In this document: positions 28,355-37,871 of the stretch, piece by piece | How positions within the stretch are numbered: position 1 is the first letter of the stretch | How the letters are laid out: every line of letters begins with the position of its first letter | NCBI GenBank assembly: GCA_963836235.1 | Contig: CAWIIP010000002.1 | Location: forward strand, 1,664,001 to 1,728,000 | Length of the DNA: 64,000 nt | From: an uncultured Pseudomonadota bacterium | GTDB taxonomy: Bacteria > Oederibacteriota > Muellerivitia > Muellerivitales > Muellerivitaceae | Direction: 5' to 3' | Notes under the pieces: model-generated | The model's database searches: none | Told to the model about the DNA's origin: nothing | What the model saw: the letters and a program-made list of their open reading frames with translations, nothing else | Translations under genes and position numbers: made by a program

Positions 28355-28693
28355 ATTTTTAAGAAAGAGAGGGGTTTTTAAGGCCTCTTTTCCCCAGGGC
28401 GGCGGGTTCCGTTGATGAAAGCCTTATCGACGGCAGTGAGAGACCACTTGTCCTTCATGGTGGGGAAGACCGGAAATATCGGCTTCCTTTACACCCGGAC
28501 CTTGCGCGAATGCGTAAGAAGTTCCTGAAAGAACGCGAACGGGTCCAAAACTCCGGTTTTGATGAGAAGTTTTAGGGATGTGGAATTGCTTTTTTGCCTG
28601 TGGCGGGTCGGTTTTTCGACCGACCGTTTCATGGCTTCAAATAGCGCTGACCCTTCCTTGCCGTTAAAATTGATTCGTGAGGTGCATTAAGCT

Positions 28694-29695
28694 ATGCAAC
28701 AAATTGAAGTCCAAGAAATCAACCCAACCCAAACCCTTTTAACCCCTAAACCAACCCAAAAACCATCCACCCAACCGGCCGCCAAAGATTCAAAGACCAA
28801 GAAGGACCTTTTACGGACCTTTACGGTCGATGAAAAAATCGACTGGGCCGGTAGTATCCCTTTTTTCAGTGTGCATGTGATGGGCGTCTTGGCTATCTTC
28901 ACCGGCATCAGCTGGGCGGCCATCGCCATGTGTCTTTTCATGTACTATGCTCGCATGTTCGCCATCACGGGTATCTACCACCGCTACTTCTCCCACCGCA
29001 CCTATAAGACCAGCCGGTTTTTCCAGGCCATCATGGCTATTTGGGGAACCTCCTGCGCCCAACAGGGGCCGCTTTGGTGGGCCGCCCATCACCGCCATCA
29101 CCACAAGTTTTCGGACACGCCGGAGGACATCCATTCACCCCGCCTGCGGGGTTTCTGGTGGGCCCATTGGGGCTGGCTGATCTGCAAGCGTTACGCGGAT
29201 ACCAACGAGGAAGCCGTGAAGGATTTGGCCAAATATCCCGAGCTCAAGTTCATCAACAAATATCACCACCTGGCCCCCTTCGCGCTGGCCACGCTCATCT
29301 TTTTCTTCGGTTCTTTCCTGGCGCGCGTTGCGCCAGGGCTGCATACCAATGGTCTTCAAATGATTTCCTGGGGCTTCTTCACCTCCACCACCCTTCTTTA
29401 CCACGGTACCTTTACGATTAATTCCCTGTCCCATGTTTTTGGAAAAAAGCGGTTTGAGACGGGGGACGACAGCAAGAACAACTTCATCCTGTCGATTATC
29501 ACGATGGGGGAAGGGTGGCATAATAACCACCATAAGTTTCCCTTCGCCGAATCCCAGGGCATCTACTGGTGGGAGATTGATATGTCCCATTATGTCCTGA
29601 AAGTTTTCTCCTGGATCGGCTTGGTTTGGGACATCCAAATTCATCCCAAAGAACTTTTCACCAAAGGCACCGCCAACAAGGGAACCGCGGCGTAA
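28694..29695 (+). CDS. Delta-9-type fatty acid (acyl-CoA/acyl-lipid) desaturase
   Basis: His boxes HRYFSH, HRHHH...D.HSP, GEGWHNNHH. Confidence 0.93.
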   Translation: MQQIEVQEINPTQTLLTPKPTQKPSTQPAAKDSKTKKDLLRTFTVDEKIDWAGSIPFFSVHVMGVLAIFTGISWAAIAMCLFMYYARMFAITGIYHRYFSHRTYKTSRFFQAIMAIWGTSCAQQGPLWWAAHHRHHHKFSDTPEDIHSPRLRGFWWAHWGWLICKRYADTNEEAVKDLAKYPELKFINKYHHLAPFALATLIFFFGSFLARVAPGLHTNGLQMISWGFFTSTTLLYHGTFTINSLSHVFGKKRFETGDDSKNNFILSIITMGEGWHNNHHKFPFAESQGIYWWEIDMSHYVLKVFSWIGLVWDIQIHPKELFTKGTANKGTAA

Positions 29696-29720
29696 GTTTC
29701 TAACCCATTTACTCGAGTTA

Positions 29721-29757
29721 AAAAGGAGTGAACCTTTCGGTTCGCTCCTTTTTGTTT
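29721..29757 (+). terminator. Rho-independent terminator
   Basis: AAAAGGAGTGAACC-TTTC-GGTTCGCTCCTTTT. Confidence 0.8.
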
Positions 29758-29841
29758 TGAGGGCAAGCGATCTCCCCGTCTTGACAGAAGAGGGCTTCCT
29801 TACTTAACTTGTGCGGCGATAAAAATATTGAAGGAGAAACC

Positions 29842-30381
29842 ATGCCCGAAGAGATTGAGGTTCCCACCGAGCACCTGCACGAACATCTGGAACACGAGGC
29901 CGAGGAAGGCAAGGAAAGATGGGTTTTGGGGGTTGCCTTAAGCTCAGCCTTTCTGGCCGCTTTCGCGGCGGTAGCTTCCCTTTTGGCGGGGCATCATGTC
30001 AACGAAGCCATGATCGACCAACTCAAGGCTTCCGACCAATGGAACTATTACCAGGCCAAGGGAATCAAATCGGCGGTTTTGAGCTCCAAAATGGATCTTT
30101 TAAGAGGTGAACATCACAAGGTTTCCCCCCAGGATGAGGAGAAAATAAGCCAATACAAGGACGACCAGGACAAGATTTCGGAAGAAGCCAAGAAAGACGA
30201 GGAATCCTCGGAAGCTCATTTGACCCACCACATTATTCTGGCCCGCGCGGTGACCCTCTTCCAAGTGGCTATCGCTATCGGTGCCATCGCAGCCTTGGCC
30301 CGCCGAAAAATTTTCTGGTATGTCAGTTTGGGGTTCGGCGGGATTGGTCTTATTTTTTTTATCGAGGGATTGCTGATTTAA
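29842..30381 (+). CDS. DUF4337-family membrane protein
   Basis: ASDQWNYYQAKGIK motif; GGAG RBS before ATG 29842. Confidence 0.82.
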   Translation: MPEEIEVPTEHLHEHLEHEAEEGKERWVLGVALSSAFLAAFAAVASLLAGHHVNEAMIDQLKASDQWNYYQAKGIKSAVLSSKMDLLRGEHHKVSPQDEEKISQYKDDQDKISEEAKKDEESSEAHLTHHIILARAVTLFQVAIAIGAIAALARRKIFWYVSLGFGGIGLIFFIEGLLI

Positions 30382-30461
30382 AAGCGAAATAAAAGTTCAA
30401 AAAGCATTTTATGTTTAAAAAAACCATTTTTTACTTCCATGCGTTGAGATCGATCTGATTC

Positions 30462-32312
30462 TTAGCAACAACCATATTCCGGCAATTCATGTCCCTTGTG
30501 GCTGGTGTCGTGAACGGCTTTGGGGTGTTTCTTCAGCACTAAGATCTGGTACCAGCGGTGGAAGGATTCCCAGAGGATCACGACCGCACAGGCCATGATG
30601 ACGACCGTGGCGGCCACGTCGATGTAGCATTGGGCCGCCTTTTCCGGATGGACGGCAGCGGTTGGCAGGAAGTTGTCCTTGATGTTCAAGAAAGCCGCGG
30701 TCAGGGTCGTGGTGGAAACGAAGAGAAGGGGGGCCAAGGTCGTCCAGGCGTATTTGGCCCGGCCCGCGTTGATGATGGCGCTGGTGGCCACGGCCAGGGC
30801 TACCGCGGCCAAAAGCTGGTTGGCGGTTCCGAACATAGGCCAAATCGTGCTGACATTGCCCGTCCAGATGAAATAGGCCCAAAGGAAAACCACTAAGCCA
30901 GTCGAAAGCAGGGTGCCGGGCAGCCAATTCTGGTTCCCAAAGGGCCCCCAAAAGCGACCTCCGAACTCCTGCACCAAAAACCGCGCCACGCGGGTTCCCG
31001 CGTCGATCGTGGTCAGAATGAAAAGCGCTTCGAACATGATCATGAAATGATAGAAGTAGGACATCAGGCTTTGAAGACCGGGCATTCCTGAGAAGATTTG
31101 CGCGAAACCCACGGCCAGGGAAACGGCCCCGCCGGGCCTGCCTGCCACATTTTCACCCACGGCCTGGGACAGCTCCTGTAAATGCACCGAGCTTATTCCC
31201 AGCGAGGCGAATTTTTCAGGCGAAAGATTGATGGCGAAATAATCGGCGGGAAAGAGAGAGCAGGAAGCCAATAAGGCCACGACCCCGACCAACCCTTCCA
31301 TCAGCATGGCGCCGTATCCCACGAACCGCGCCTCGCTTTCCTTATCCAACATTTTGGGCGTGGTGCCGGAAGAGACCAGCGCGTGGAAGCCTGATATAGC
31401 CCCACAGGCAATGGTGATGAAGACGAAGGGAAAGAGCTTGCCCGGGACGATCGGCCCACCGCCGTTAACGTATTGGGTGAAGGCGGGCATTTTCAAGTCC
31501 GGGTGGACCCAGATAATGCCGATCACGAGCCCCGCGATGGTGCCGACCTTCATATAAGAGCTCAGGTAATCCCGGGGCGCCAGGAGCATCCAGATGGGCA
31601 AAACCGAAGCAAGAAAACCGTAAAGAGCCAGCCATCCAATCACTCCCTCACGGGAAAGGGTGAAGAAGGGGGCCAGGGGCGAGCCGGGAACCCAGGCGCC
31701 GAAAATCACCACCGCCATCACCATCACCACCCCGATCACACTGGCCTCCACCAGCTTGCCCGGGCGAAAGTTGTGCATCCAAAAGCCGATGAGGAAGGCG
31801 ATGGGGATGGTCATGCCGATGGAAAAAACGCCCCAGGGGCTTTCCTTCAAGGCGTTGACGACGGCCAGGCCCAATCCCGCCAGGGCCATGACCACGATGA
31901 AGAAGATCGCCAGAGACCCCGCGGCTCCGGCCAGGGGGCTGATCTCGTGCCGGGCGATTTCGGCCAGCGAGCGGCCCTTACGCCTTAACGACGCCACTAG
32001 GATCATGAAATCCTGCACAGCTCCCGCCAGGCAGACGCCCCCCACCAGCCAAAGGAAACCGGGGGCGTAACCGAATTGGGCGGCCAGAACCGGGCCGATC
32101 AAGGGGCCGGACCCGGCGATCGCCGCGAAATGGTGGCCGAAGACCACCCACTTGTTCGTCGGATGGTAATTGTGGCCGTCCTTCAAGAGGTGGGCGGGGG
32201 TGATATGCCGGTCGTTCAAGACCACGACCTTCGTGGCCAGGAAACGGCCATAAAAGGCGTAGGCCGCCGTCATGACACAAAGGGCGGTCAGGATCAGGGG
32301 AAGCACGTTCAT
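30462..32312 (-). CDS. cstA: Carbon starvation protein A family peptide/pyruvate transporter
   Basis: GHHFAAIAG.GPL.GP, LLAPRDYLS, IACGAISGFH, TTIDAGTR, IWPMFG.ANQLLA. Confidence 0.95.
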   Translation of the reverse strand: MNVLPLILTALCVMTAAYAFYGRFLATKVVVLNDRHITPAHLLKDGHNYHPTNKWVVFGHHFAAIAGSGPLIGPVLAAQFGYAPGFLWLVGGVCLAGAVQDFMILVASLRRKGRSLAEIARHEISPLAGAAGSLAIFFIVVMALAGLGLAVVNALKESPWGVFSIGMTIPIAFLIGFWMHNFRPGKLVEASVIGVVMVMAVVIFGAWVPGSPLAPFFTLSREGVIGWLALYGFLASVLPIWMLLAPRDYLSSYMKVGTIAGLVIGIIWVHPDLKMPAFTQYVNGGGPIVPGKLFPFVFITIACGAISGFHALVSSGTTPKMLDKESEARFVGYGAMLMEGLVGVVALLASCSLFPADYFAINLSPEKFASLGISSVHLQELSQAVGENVAGRPGGAVSLAVGFAQIFSGMPGLQSLMSYFYHFMIMFEALFILTTIDAGTRVARFLVQEFGGRFWGPFGNQNWLPGTLLSTGLVVFLWAYFIWTGNVSTIWPMFGTANQLLAAVALAVATSAIINAGRAKYAWTTLAPLLFVSTTTLTAAFLNIKDNFLPTAAVHPEKAAQCYIDVAATVVIMACAVVILWESFHRWYQILVLKKHPKAVHDTSHKGHELPEYGCC

Positions 32313-32385
32313 TTGGATTCTCCTTTGGTTGGAAGGTTCAAGATAGCCCAACCCCTGATGGATTTCAAATGAAGGGGACCCGGTT

Positions 32386-33048
32386 TTAACCCTTTAATAG
32401 GCTTGTCAAGCCTTCGGAGGCGATCTGGATTCCCACGCAAAAAACCAGGAAAGCGCTCAGGCGGTTCAGCACTTGTGAGCCCCGGGGGCCCAAGCGCCGA
32501 ATGAGGGCGGGGGTATAGGAGTAGCAAAAATAAATCAGCAAGCACATGATGATGGTGGCGACGATCAGGGCGGAAAGGTTGGTCAGGTAAACCCGCAGGT
32601 CGTTATCGTGGCCATGGGCGCTTAAGGTGAGAAGAACCGAAATGGTGCCCGCGCCGGTCGTCATGGGGAAGGACACCGGGTAGAAGAGGATATTCTCAAC
32701 CTTTTTCGTGGGATTCACCGGTTGAGCCGTTTCCTGGGTTCCTTTGCCGCTGTCATCAGAAGAAAGCAGGCTCCAACCCATTTTACAGATCAAAATACCC
32801 CCGGCTATTTGAACTACCGGTAGGGAGATGCCAAAAAACTTGAATATCCAGCTTCCAATAAAGATCGTGGCGGTGCAAATGAGGAAGGCATATAAGGCGA
32901 TTTTGATGGAGGCGCTTTTTCTTTCCGGGGGTGTTAAGCCTTCCAAAAGAGGGTCGATCATAAGAGCGGTTCCGGGAGGGTTAACAGGCGGAAAAAGGGA
33001 AACGAAACCAACAAAGACTAAATGTAGGAAAGGGAACATGAAGTGCAC
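32386..33048 (-). CDS. MarC-family membrane protein
   Basis: VNPPG, FFGISLP..QIAGG, P..FP.T.GAGTI. Confidence 0.88.
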   Translation of the reverse strand: MHFMFPFLHLVFVGFVSLFPPVNPPGTALMIDPLLEGLTPPERKSASIKIALYAFLICTATIFIGSWIFKFFGISLPVVQIAGGILICKMGWSLLSSDDSGKGTQETAQPVNPTKKVENILFYPVSFPMTTGAGTISVLLTLSAHGHDNDLRVYLTNLSALIVATIIMCLLIYFCYSYTPALIRRLGPRGSQVLNRLSAFLVFCVGIQIASEGLTSLLKG

Positions 33049-33126
33049 GGCCTAGATATTAAGTAGAGTCGGCGGAAAAATCAAATTCTTCGTTTCCAGC
33101 ATTGCCCGGCCCTATTCAAAGTATTT

Positions 33127-34455
33127 TTAATGAGATTTCGAACGGGCCGGGGGCATGAAACGCTTGCGGGCCCACTCGTAAAAGGAATCTTTGTCGATGA
33201 TCCGGGCTACCAGCTCGGCGGTCAGGGCCGAGAGCATGATGGGAAAAATGGCCGCGTGGTCATTGGTCATTTCCACCACCAGCACAAAGGCGGTAAAAGG
33301 CGTGCGGGTGACGCCGGTTAAAAAGCCCACCATGCCCAAAAGGATGAGCAGGTTGGCCGAATCGCTGAGGAAAAGGGAAGCCAGCACCGAGCCCGTGCAG
33401 GCCCCGGCGGCCAGGGCCGGCGCGAAAATGCCCCCCGCGGCGCCCGAAACATAAAAGACCAGCGAACCCACCGCCCTCAAGATGGGAAGATACCAATCGG
33501 CCTGTTCACCCTTGAAAAGAAGGCCGTTGATCAATTCCAAACCCGATCCTGAAGCGTGAAGAGTAAATGACGAAAGGCCAGCCATAACCAGCCCACAGAA
33601 GACGACCAGGATTCCCAGTTGTAGCTTGGTCCTCAACTTCGCGCGCCAGGTCAAAAGCCACTTGATGCACAAGCCGTAAAAGGCCCCGAAAGCCCCACTC
33701 ACCAGCCCCACTCCCAAAGCCGGCGCCAGCACTGAAAAAGTCACGTTCTCCACCTGGGGGTTTCCGAGGTAGAGGTAGCTTCCCAAAATCCACTGGGACA
33801 CCAGGCCCGCGATGACGATCGAACTGATCAAGACCGTGCGGAAGCGCTTGAAGCGGATGGACATTTCCTCGATGGCGAAAACAATCCCGCCCAGGGGGGT
33901 GTTGAAGGCCGAAGCCAGCCCAGCGGCGGCGCCGGCGACAATCCAGGCCGAGGCATCGGCCTCTGATTGGAAACGGCGAAAAAGCCGGCCCACGGCATGG
34001 AAAATCCCGGTGCTGATCTGAATGGTGGGTCCTTCCCGGCCGGTCACCACCCCGCCCAAACTCGTGAGGAGGGAGCTAGCGATCTTCACCCCGACCCCCT
34101 TCAAGGAAAGCAGGCGGTCCACCCATCCCCCTTGGCGCCTGTAGTCCAGGTCATTGGCGGCCAAAACCTGGGGAATGCCGCTGCCCGTGGCCTCCGGGGC
34201 CAGGAAGGCCACCAGGGCCCAGGCGCCCAGAAGGCAGAGGGGGGTCCAAATCCAAACCGCATGGGGATGGAGGGCGTAAAGCCACCGGTAATCCCTTTCA
34301 GCCCATTTAAAAAGCCCGGCGTAGATGACGGAAACGAAACTGGCGAGGAAGGCCGAGACCCAAAAGGCCAGGGTTTGGAGGTTTTTGGGGTTTTGCCAAA
34401 GGGAGACGGCTTTTTTTTGAAGATTCTGGAACCAAGAGGTGGATTTCTTTTTCAA
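33127..34455 (-). CDS. ClC-family chloride channel / H+/Cl- antiporter
   Basis: GSGIP, GREGP, AFNTPLGG..FAIEE, GGIFAP. Confidence 0.92.
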   Translation of the reverse strand: MKKKSTSWFQNLQKKAVSLWQNPKNLQTLAFWVSAFLASFVSVIYAGLFKWAERDYRWLYALHPHAVWIWTPLCLLGAWALVAFLAPEATGSGIPQVLAANDLDYRRQGGWVDRLLSLKGVGVKIASSLLTSLGGVVTGREGPTIQISTGIFHAVGRLFRRFQSEADASAWIVAGAAAGLASAFNTPLGGIVFAIEEMSIRFKRFRTVLISSIVIAGLVSQWILGSYLYLGNPQVENVTFSVLAPALGVGLVSGAFGAFYGLCIKWLLTWRAKLRTKLQLGILVVFCGLVMAGLSSFTLHASGSGLELINGLLFKGEQADWYLPILRAVGSLVFYVSGAAGGIFAPALAAGACTGSVLASLFLSDSANLLILLGMVGFLTGVTRTPFTAFVLVVEMTNDHAAIFPIMLSALTAELVARIIDKDSFYEWARKRFMPPARSKSH

Positions 34456-34663
34456 CCCGATTCCTTTCAGTCTATCGTTCCAGAAATCAAACCGTAAAAA
34501 ACACAGCGGATTTTACAGGATAAAAGGGTCGAAAGAAAGTTAACTCCCGTTTTTTCGGCCGCCGGCCGGGCCTTTTCGGGATGATCTTGTTTAACCGTTC
34601 ACTATTCCCTTAACCTGGGCTCGTGGCCGGGAATCCTTCCTTCAACCCAATTCGAAAGGCGGT

Positions 34664-34900
34664 TTGAAAGTGAGAAAGAAAATCGGGAAAAATAAAGCGA
34701 CGGAAAAGTGGAAAAGATCGCTGGTGAAATCCGTTTGTTACCGAGTTCTTATCATGATTCTCGACTTTGTTACGATCAGGCTCTTTACCGGGCGAAGCGA
34801 CCTCGCCGTCGGGTTCGTCATCGTCAGCAACATCTATACGACCACGGTCTATTTCTTCTACGAAAGACTGTGGAACCGGATCAAATGGGGACTGGTATGA
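34664..34900 (+). CDS. DUF2061-like small membrane protein
   Basis: RSLVKSV.YR ... YFFYERLWNRIKWG. Confidence 0.75.
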   Translation: MKVRKKIGKNKATEKWKRSLVKSVCYRVLIMILDFVTIRLFTGRSDLAVGFVIVSNIYTTTVYFFYERLWNRIKWGLV

Positions 34901-34956
34901 GGAAGGGGTCCGACTTGCCGCTTTTCCCCCGAAAAAAACAGGATGAACTCCTCCTG

Positions 34957-36051
34957 TTACCGGCAGAAGAGATTCAGCAGGGCGTCGCCCTCCAAAGAAA
35001 CCTGGGCTTGGATTCCATCCTTGTCCACGAAAGCGTCCAACACCCGGAAAGATTCCACCCGGGTTTGAAGGCGGCTATGGTTGCCCACCGGGCGGTTTAA
35101 AACCACGTTCATCCGTTCCTTTAATTGAGCCAATTTGGGACCGAGGGGAACATGAGCCTTTTGGCGCAGAACCTTTAGGATGTCCGATTTGAAAATCCAA
35201 TTGGCCACCTGCATCAAGAAGTCCCCCGTTTTGACGTCGAAATCCAGCTGTCTCAGCTCGAATAATTCTTTTTGGGGATCGTACCAGGGCACTCCCCGGA
35301 AATAAACGGTCATCCGGGCCGGCTGGGAGCCTAGGTTGAGGACGGGGTTATATTCGATTTTGACCTCGGCGATGACCTGCCCTCCCGAACCGTAAAGCCG
35401 GACGCCCTTGATGCGAAGCTTGAAATCCCCGCTGCCCGGGATTACCCGGTTCACCAGGCCGAAATGGGGGTCCACCAACTGGCGGTTGGCTTCCTTGAAC
35501 GGGATGACGGTGTTGCTGACGGCATGGAATCCGGAGGGCCCGGGTTTATACATTTGAAAGGGCGGCAAGATTTTCTTACGGGTCTCTGGTTTCTTGCCGA
35601 AGACGAGAACGGGATAGGCTGTCATTTCCAGGACCGTCCTTAAATCCAAAGGATGCCTGGGATCAAACCGGGTCAGGCCGGTACTAATGGATTGGGGCCC
35701 GATCAAAAGCCAGATTCCCTTGTCGATAAAGAGGGGCTCCTGCGCCGCGTCCCAAAAATCAGAGATTTCCCCGAAGGACCGATCAAAGCTCATTTCGCGG
35801 ATAGGGGTGTTCATGGTTTTTTTGATCGATTCGTATTCCGCGTTCAAAAAATCGGTGATGGATTTTGGCAGGTCCCTCAAACGGGGAAAGGAGACCATGA
35901 CCGGCAGGCGGATAACAGCCGGGGGAGGGGGCTCAAAGGCGCGTACTTTGGCATCGGAGGGTAGAATATAAAGCGAAGAGGTGGCGCAGCCCGCCAGGAG
36001 AAGGCTCGAGAACAGCAAGGGGAGAAGGTTCAAGTGTTTTAGTCGAGCCAT
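34957..36051 (-). CDS. DUF4403-like lipoprotein
   Basis: Lipobox LAGC; VYFRG.P.YD......L..LDFDVKT pattern. Confidence 0.6.
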   Translation of the reverse strand: MARLKHLNLLPLLFSSLLLAGCATSSLYILPSDAKVRAFEPPPPAVIRLPVMVSFPRLRDLPKSITDFLNAEYESIKKTMNTPIREMSFDRSFGEISDFWDAAQEPLFIDKGIWLLIGPQSISTGLTRFDPRHPLDLRTVLEMTAYPVLVFGKKPETRKKILPPFQMYKPGPSGFHAVSNTVIPFKEANRQLVDPHFGLVNRVIPGSGDFKLRIKGVRLYGSGGQVIAEVKIEYNPVLNLGSQPARMTVYFRGVPWYDPQKELFELRQLDFDVKTGDFLMQVANWIFKSDILKVLRQKAHVPLGPKLAQLKERMNVVLNRPVGNHSRLQTRVESFRVLDAFVDKDGIQAQVSLEGDALLNLFCR

Positions 36052-36283
36052 GGTTTCATTTTAGTCTTAGGTTGAGGAGGAGAGTGGCGCAATTAAAAGC
36101 CTTGTGGACCATTCCTTCCCACAAGCCACTCAGACTCCCGTCCAGTATTTTTTTACGGTACTTGCCGTTAGGTATTGATATGTTCTAAAGGGCGAATCAA
36201 GACGAAAAACAGTCAAAGAAGCCCTTTCATTGGAAGTGGTATAATTTAAAATCCATATGGGCCTTTGAATATATCAAAACGGT

Positions 36284-37741
36284 TTGCGCATGAAAAATAG
36301 GTTATTTACTTCCCCCTTCGTTTTATTGGTATTGGTTCTTTTCGCCTTTTTGGGCGCAAGGGCGGCCTGGGGACAAATCGTGGAAGTCGATTTGGGGGCC
36401 CAGCCGCCTTCGGTCCTCGTGACCACGCTCATGGGGTCGGGTGTCTCCGCCTTCAACATCACCTACCAGGGAAACGGCAGTTCGTCCGGCATTTTCGCGG
36501 GGGCGGCCTCCATGCTGGGCATCAACTCGGGGATCATCCTGAGCACCGGGATGGCCGCAGGGGTCGAGGGAAGCGCCGGGGTAACCAGCAGTACCTGCAA
36601 CGGCCTTCCGGGTGATCCGGATTTAGCCCTCTTGGAGGGTCTTCCCGTGACAGATCTCTACGACGCCACGGTTCTGTCCTTCGATTTCATCCCGACTTAT
36701 AACACGGTTTCCTTCCAATACGTCTTTTCCTCCGAGGAATACAATGAATTCGTTGGGTCCGAATATAACGATGTCTTCGGTTTTTTCGTTAATGGGACCA
36801 ACGTGGCCCTCATCCCCGGAACCACGACGAACGTCTCCATCAATAACGTTAATGATTGCGTCAATCCCGCTTATTTCATCGACAATGTCGGGTCGCCTGA
36901 AGGGGGCTCCTGCACGGTTGTCCGGCCGGCGGCGGGGCTGGCCACCGCCATGAACGGGTTAACCACCGTCTTGACCGCCACCGCGCCCGTCACGGCGGGG
37001 GTGGTCAACCATATTAAATTGGCCATCTCGGACGTGGGGGATTGTTTGATGGATTCCAACGTCCTTATCGCGGCCAACAGTTTTATCAGCGTCCTTACCC
37101 CCACCCCCACGAGCACACCGGTTCCCTGCGGCTTTCCACTCTATACTTGCACCCCCACGGGGACGCCAACCACGCCTCCGCTCCTTCCCACCTCCACGCC
37201 CTGCGGTTGGCCGGGCAACACCTGCACCTTCACGCCCACAGTTAACACCGCTACCTTTACCCCGACAGTGCCTCCCACCAACACCTCCACCAGCGACGTC
37301 AGGCCTTCCTTCACCCCCACCTCGACTCCCACCTTCACCCCCACCGATACCACGACCTTCACCTTGACCCCCACCGCCACCCTCACCCCTTGCGGCTGGC
37401 CGGGAAATACCTGCACTTTCACCGACAGCCCCACGCCCACCTCCACGCTCTCCACCGCCGATATCTTTTACGTTTCCAAAAATGTCTTCAGCCCCTCCTC
37501 GCCGGTTTCCGTCTTCGTGGAATACAACATTTTCCCGGGAAGCTACGAATTACGGATTTACAATTCGGCGGGCGAATATATCAAGACCCTGGATTCCCGC
37601 CAGCTTACCACTCCGGTCCTCCAGTCCTACCAATGGGACGGGACCAACCGTTACGGCGCCCCTTGCGCCAGCGGGGTTTACGTCTTTTACCTGATCGAAC
37701 CCGCCAGCACGAAGGTCAAGCGAATCGTTCTGATCAAGTGA
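36284..37741 (+). CDS. Secreted protein: choice-of-anchor-L-like domain, P/T linker, FlgD-Ig-like C-terminus
   Basis: GIILSTG, DAT.L.FDF.P, F.YVFSSEEYNE, YNDVFGFF, HIKLAI.DVGD...DS.V; C-terminal IYNSAGEYIKTL...WDGTN..G...ASGVY. Confidence 0.8.
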   Translation: MRMKNRLFTSPFVLLVLVLFAFLGARAAWGQIVEVDLGAQPPSVLVTTLMGSGVSAFNITYQGNGSSSGIFAGAASMLGINSGIILSTGMAAGVEGSAGVTSSTCNGLPGDPDLALLEGLPVTDLYDATVLSFDFIPTYNTVSFQYVFSSEEYNEFVGSEYNDVFGFFVNGTNVALIPGTTTNVSINNVNDCVNPAYFIDNVGSPEGGSCTVVRPAAGLATAMNGLTTVLTATAPVTAGVVNHIKLAISDVGDCLMDSNVLIAANSFISVLTPTPTSTPVPCGFPLYTCTPTGTPTTPPLLPTSTPCGWPGNTCTFTPTVNTATFTPTVPPTNTSTSDVRPSFTPTSTPTFTPTDTTTFTLTPTATLTPCGWPGNTCTFTDSPTPTSTLSTADIFYVSKNVFSPSSPVSVFVEYNIFPGSYELRIYNSAGEYIKTLDSRQLTTPVLQSYQWDGTNRYGAPCASGVYVFYLIEPASTKVKRIVLIK

Positions 37742-37776
37742 GGTTTAGCCTAGAAAAGGGGCCGCATCCTTCCAAT

Positions 37777-37806
37777 ACCCCTTTATGATCCAGGTCATAA
37801 AGGGGG
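37777..37806. promoter_or_regulatory. Palindrome with CRP/FNR-like TATGA-N6-TCATA core
   Basis: CCCCTTTATGA-TCCAGG-TCATAAAGGGG upstream of the GGDEF gene; could also act as a hairpin. Confidence 0.4.
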
Positions 37807-37871
37807 TTCTTGCTATCCCTTAAACTGATAAATCTAAGAAGTGGCTTTAGTTAGAAAGATAGGTTTCCCGC

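Noticed and set aside
34496-34600. ACAGGAT-like units suggesting another REP-type inverted repeat
   Set aside because: I could not align convincing complementary arms.
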